From assembly GCA_035297365.1 (NCBI GenBank), contig DATGZA010000011.1, positions 87,609-151,608 on the forward strand: a DNA stretch of 64,000 bases, given 5' to 3'. Position 1 is the first letter of the stretch, and each line of letters opens with the position of its first letter. The translations under genes and the position numbers were made by a program. The stretch is from Nitrososphaeraceae archaeon (GTDB lineage Archaea; Thermoproteota; Nitrososphaeria; Nitrososphaerales; Nitrososphaeraceae). Below are positions 62,164-64,000 of the stretch, piece after piece. The notes under the pieces are model-generated. The model had not been told where the DNA came from. It saw only the letters and a program-made list of their open reading frames with translations, and made no database searches.

Positions 62164-62292
62164 ATCGTTTTGATACCTCTCAGAAGTTCGTACGGATTTC
62201 AAATATTCATGAAATTCAAACAGCAAATTTGCATTATTTCTGTTAGCAAGTGCATGTACTTTTTTAAGAATATTTGCTAACTTTGTTGGCAT
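62164..62292 (-). pseudogene. tyrosine-integrase N-terminal stub (copy C)
   Basis: MPTKLANILKKVHALANRNNANLLFEFHEYLKSVRTSERYQND; homology to copy B ends at the same base. Confidence 0.65.
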
Positions 62293-62300
62293 CTTCCTGA

Positions 62301-62600
62301 GGACGAACCCGCGACAGTCTCCGTGCGTGGGGCGGCGTGACTCGAACTGACAAGGACATGCGTAGTCGAAGTTGCAATTGCTGAACTCGGTTCCTTCGAT
62401 GTACCAGTCAACCTGTGTCATGGTGCCCTCCGTCAGAACTACCTCCCGACGACATGATGATGCTCGCGTGCTGCACTAAGACGATGACGAGGATGACGAG
62501 AAGCGGAATGCTGGTGATGTTCATGGCTGCCTCCGCTGATTGAGTGGCTGGAATATCGATTTTGTCCTGATTGCCAAGCGTATTGCGTCAATCATGGTCA
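62301..62600 (-). other. high-GC bacterial-type fragment containing 5' end of a DUF1326-like gene
   Basis: Abrupt GC rise; MTQVDWYIEGTEFSNCNFDYACPCQFESRRPTHGDCRG; GGAGG SD before two ATGs. Confidence 0.75.
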
Positions 62601-62722
62601 TATTTTATCTTACGAAAAGGTTTGCTTATAATCTTTGATGAAATTGTCATTCTTGGTTTATCTACTCGCAAAATTTTAACATCACCCTAATTCAACACAC
62701 CATGACCCGAATTCAGCAGACA

Positions 62723-63067
62723 CTAGGTTTTCACCAGATTTTTCACCAGTGTCGTATTGATTTTTACACTCTCTAGTAATGTATTGATTTGACCCAGAAT
62801 TTCTTTATAGGCTTCTTCAGCAGAACGAAATTTATTTTCATTGTATACATATTTTTTCTCATTATGAGAATAATAGATATCAAATTTTATTGCAGTTATT
62901 CCTCCTATAGTACCAAAGCCTGGTAACCCAAATTTCAACCTGTAACAAAAAGTTTTTCTGTTTGGTTCGCTTGTATCAAGTTTTTTTCCTACCACGTAAT
63001 TATCAATTTCAACACCAAGGATTTTATCTACTGGGAAATCTGAAACATATTGTGACCTAAGTTCCAC
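62723..63067 (-). CDS. hypothetical protein
   Basis: 114 aa ORF. Confidence 0.45.
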   Translation of the reverse strand: MELRSQYVSDFPVDKILGVEIDNYVVGKKLDTSEPNRKTFCYRLKFGLPGFGTIGGITAIKFDIYYSHNEKKYVYNENKFRSAEEAYKEILGQINTLLESVKINTTLVKNLVKT

Positions 63068-63081
63068 GGCTTCTTTTTCTG

Positions 63082-63690
63082 TTATTTTCCTTTTTCCAAA
63101 GAGTTCCTTATTTTTATCATAGTAGAATTAACTTTTCTAATCAATAGTTTCCTTTTTCTATTCTGTAATTCATATTGTTCCTCCTCATCAAATATTAATT
63201 TTGAATCTTTTTTCATGTCTTTGGGGATAGTATTATCATAGAGAAACCAGAAGAAAAGATCAAGGTCTACAAAATCGTTGACACCAAATACAGATAATTC
63301 ATCTTTTATTGTTTTTAAATAATCTTTACCTTGAGAATATTCTTTACCTGTTAAGAAATTATATTTAAAGAGCCTCTCTGGCAGATTCTGTCTTAAATAC
63401 AAATAATCTAAAACAAGTTTTGCTTTGTTATTCCATAAACAATTCTTTTCGGGATAAATCATATTCAAGATTTCTGAAATCGCAGAAATTCCGAATCCCT
63501 TGATTTTTTCTCTGAAATATTCATATATTTTTTCAAATGATTCAGTCTCATAAAGCAATTGATAGAAATGATTTTTTAGATTGTTAAGACCGTTTTTGTC
63601 TACTATTTAGTTAATATTCCAGTCCTTATTTTTCCAAAAGTTGCTTACCCATAAATTTTTATATATTTCAACAAAATCTGATTTTGTTAT
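63082..63690 (-). pseudogene. fragment resembling restriction-system-associated N-terminal domain
   Basis: IKGFGISAISEILNMIYPEKNCLWNNKA...DLDLFFW; upstream frame continues through a stop (LWVSNFWKNKDW). Confidence 0.4.
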
Positions 63691-63992
63691 TTTAGAAAGA
63701 TTTTCTGAGTACAATTTTGATTTGAATTAATTTGATTGGTTTCGATGGTCTTGCAATTCTTTTTTTCCACTTTCAAAATCAAGTCACCAAGAGACGGAAA
63801 AATATCATTGATATTATTTAATGTATTGTTAGCATTGAAAATTAAAAACATGCTTTTTTCTGCTTTTAAAAATACATGTCTGTCTTTTTCTTCTGAAACA
63901 AGATCCAATCCCAAAATATCGATATAAAAATCCTTCATTTGTTTTAGATTGGAAGAATATATACTGGTTTCAATAATTTTTGTAAATTTCAT
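63687..63992 (-). pseudogene. VOC/glyoxalase-family protein, C-terminally truncated
   Basis: IIETSIYSSNLKQMKDFYIDILGL...RHVFLK; second half of fold missing. Confidence 0.65.
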
Positions 63993-64000
63993 GATATGTT

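Noticed and set aside
62143-62421. 92-aa ORF as a genuine single gene
   Set aside because: It is a chance in-frame junction of a high-GC DUF1326-like start and an integrase stub.

Overview
AT-rich (roughly 30% GC by eye) archaeal DNA whose gene families (PsbP-like secreted proteins, F420-dependent PPOX/LLM enzymes, archaeal Hsp20, cyclase-REC fusion, BNR-repeat proteins) point to a soil ammonia-oxidising archaeon (Nitrososphaeraceae, Nitrosocosmicus-like; inference). The window has no housekeeping operons, rRNA or complete tRNA genes. It is an accessory region of stress, detoxification, ion-transport (kdpABC plus a kdpF-like ORF, NRAMP, MgtC), phosphatase and secreted-protein genes mixed with many gene fragments. 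The main discovery is non-coding. About 22 co-oriented composite sites punctuate the window, typically every 1-5 kb. Each has a core CGGGCTCGGAGG(GCTTCGA), which is the reverse complement of a tRNA 3' end (T-loop, T-stem, acceptor strand, G discriminator). The core is joined to one of about 6 left arms and one of 2 right arms (RA ...TTTTGACACAATTTTGTAGTTC; RB ...GAGTTTGACATGTAGTTGGGATCGG), and the same left arm occurs with either right arm. One site-to-site unit (a PPOX gene) is duplicated with different neighbours. Three ~42-codon stubs resembling a tyrosine-integrase N-terminus are present. Two of them start ~60 bp from a core, and two end at the same nucleotide. Together this suggests a tRNA-anchored, integron-like array of small non-autonomous gene cassettes. 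Other notable items: a ~130-bp promoter/leader repeated 6 times ahead of a modular secreted-protein family, and a ~300-bp high-GC bacterial fragment joined to an integrase stub. All alignments were done by eye.
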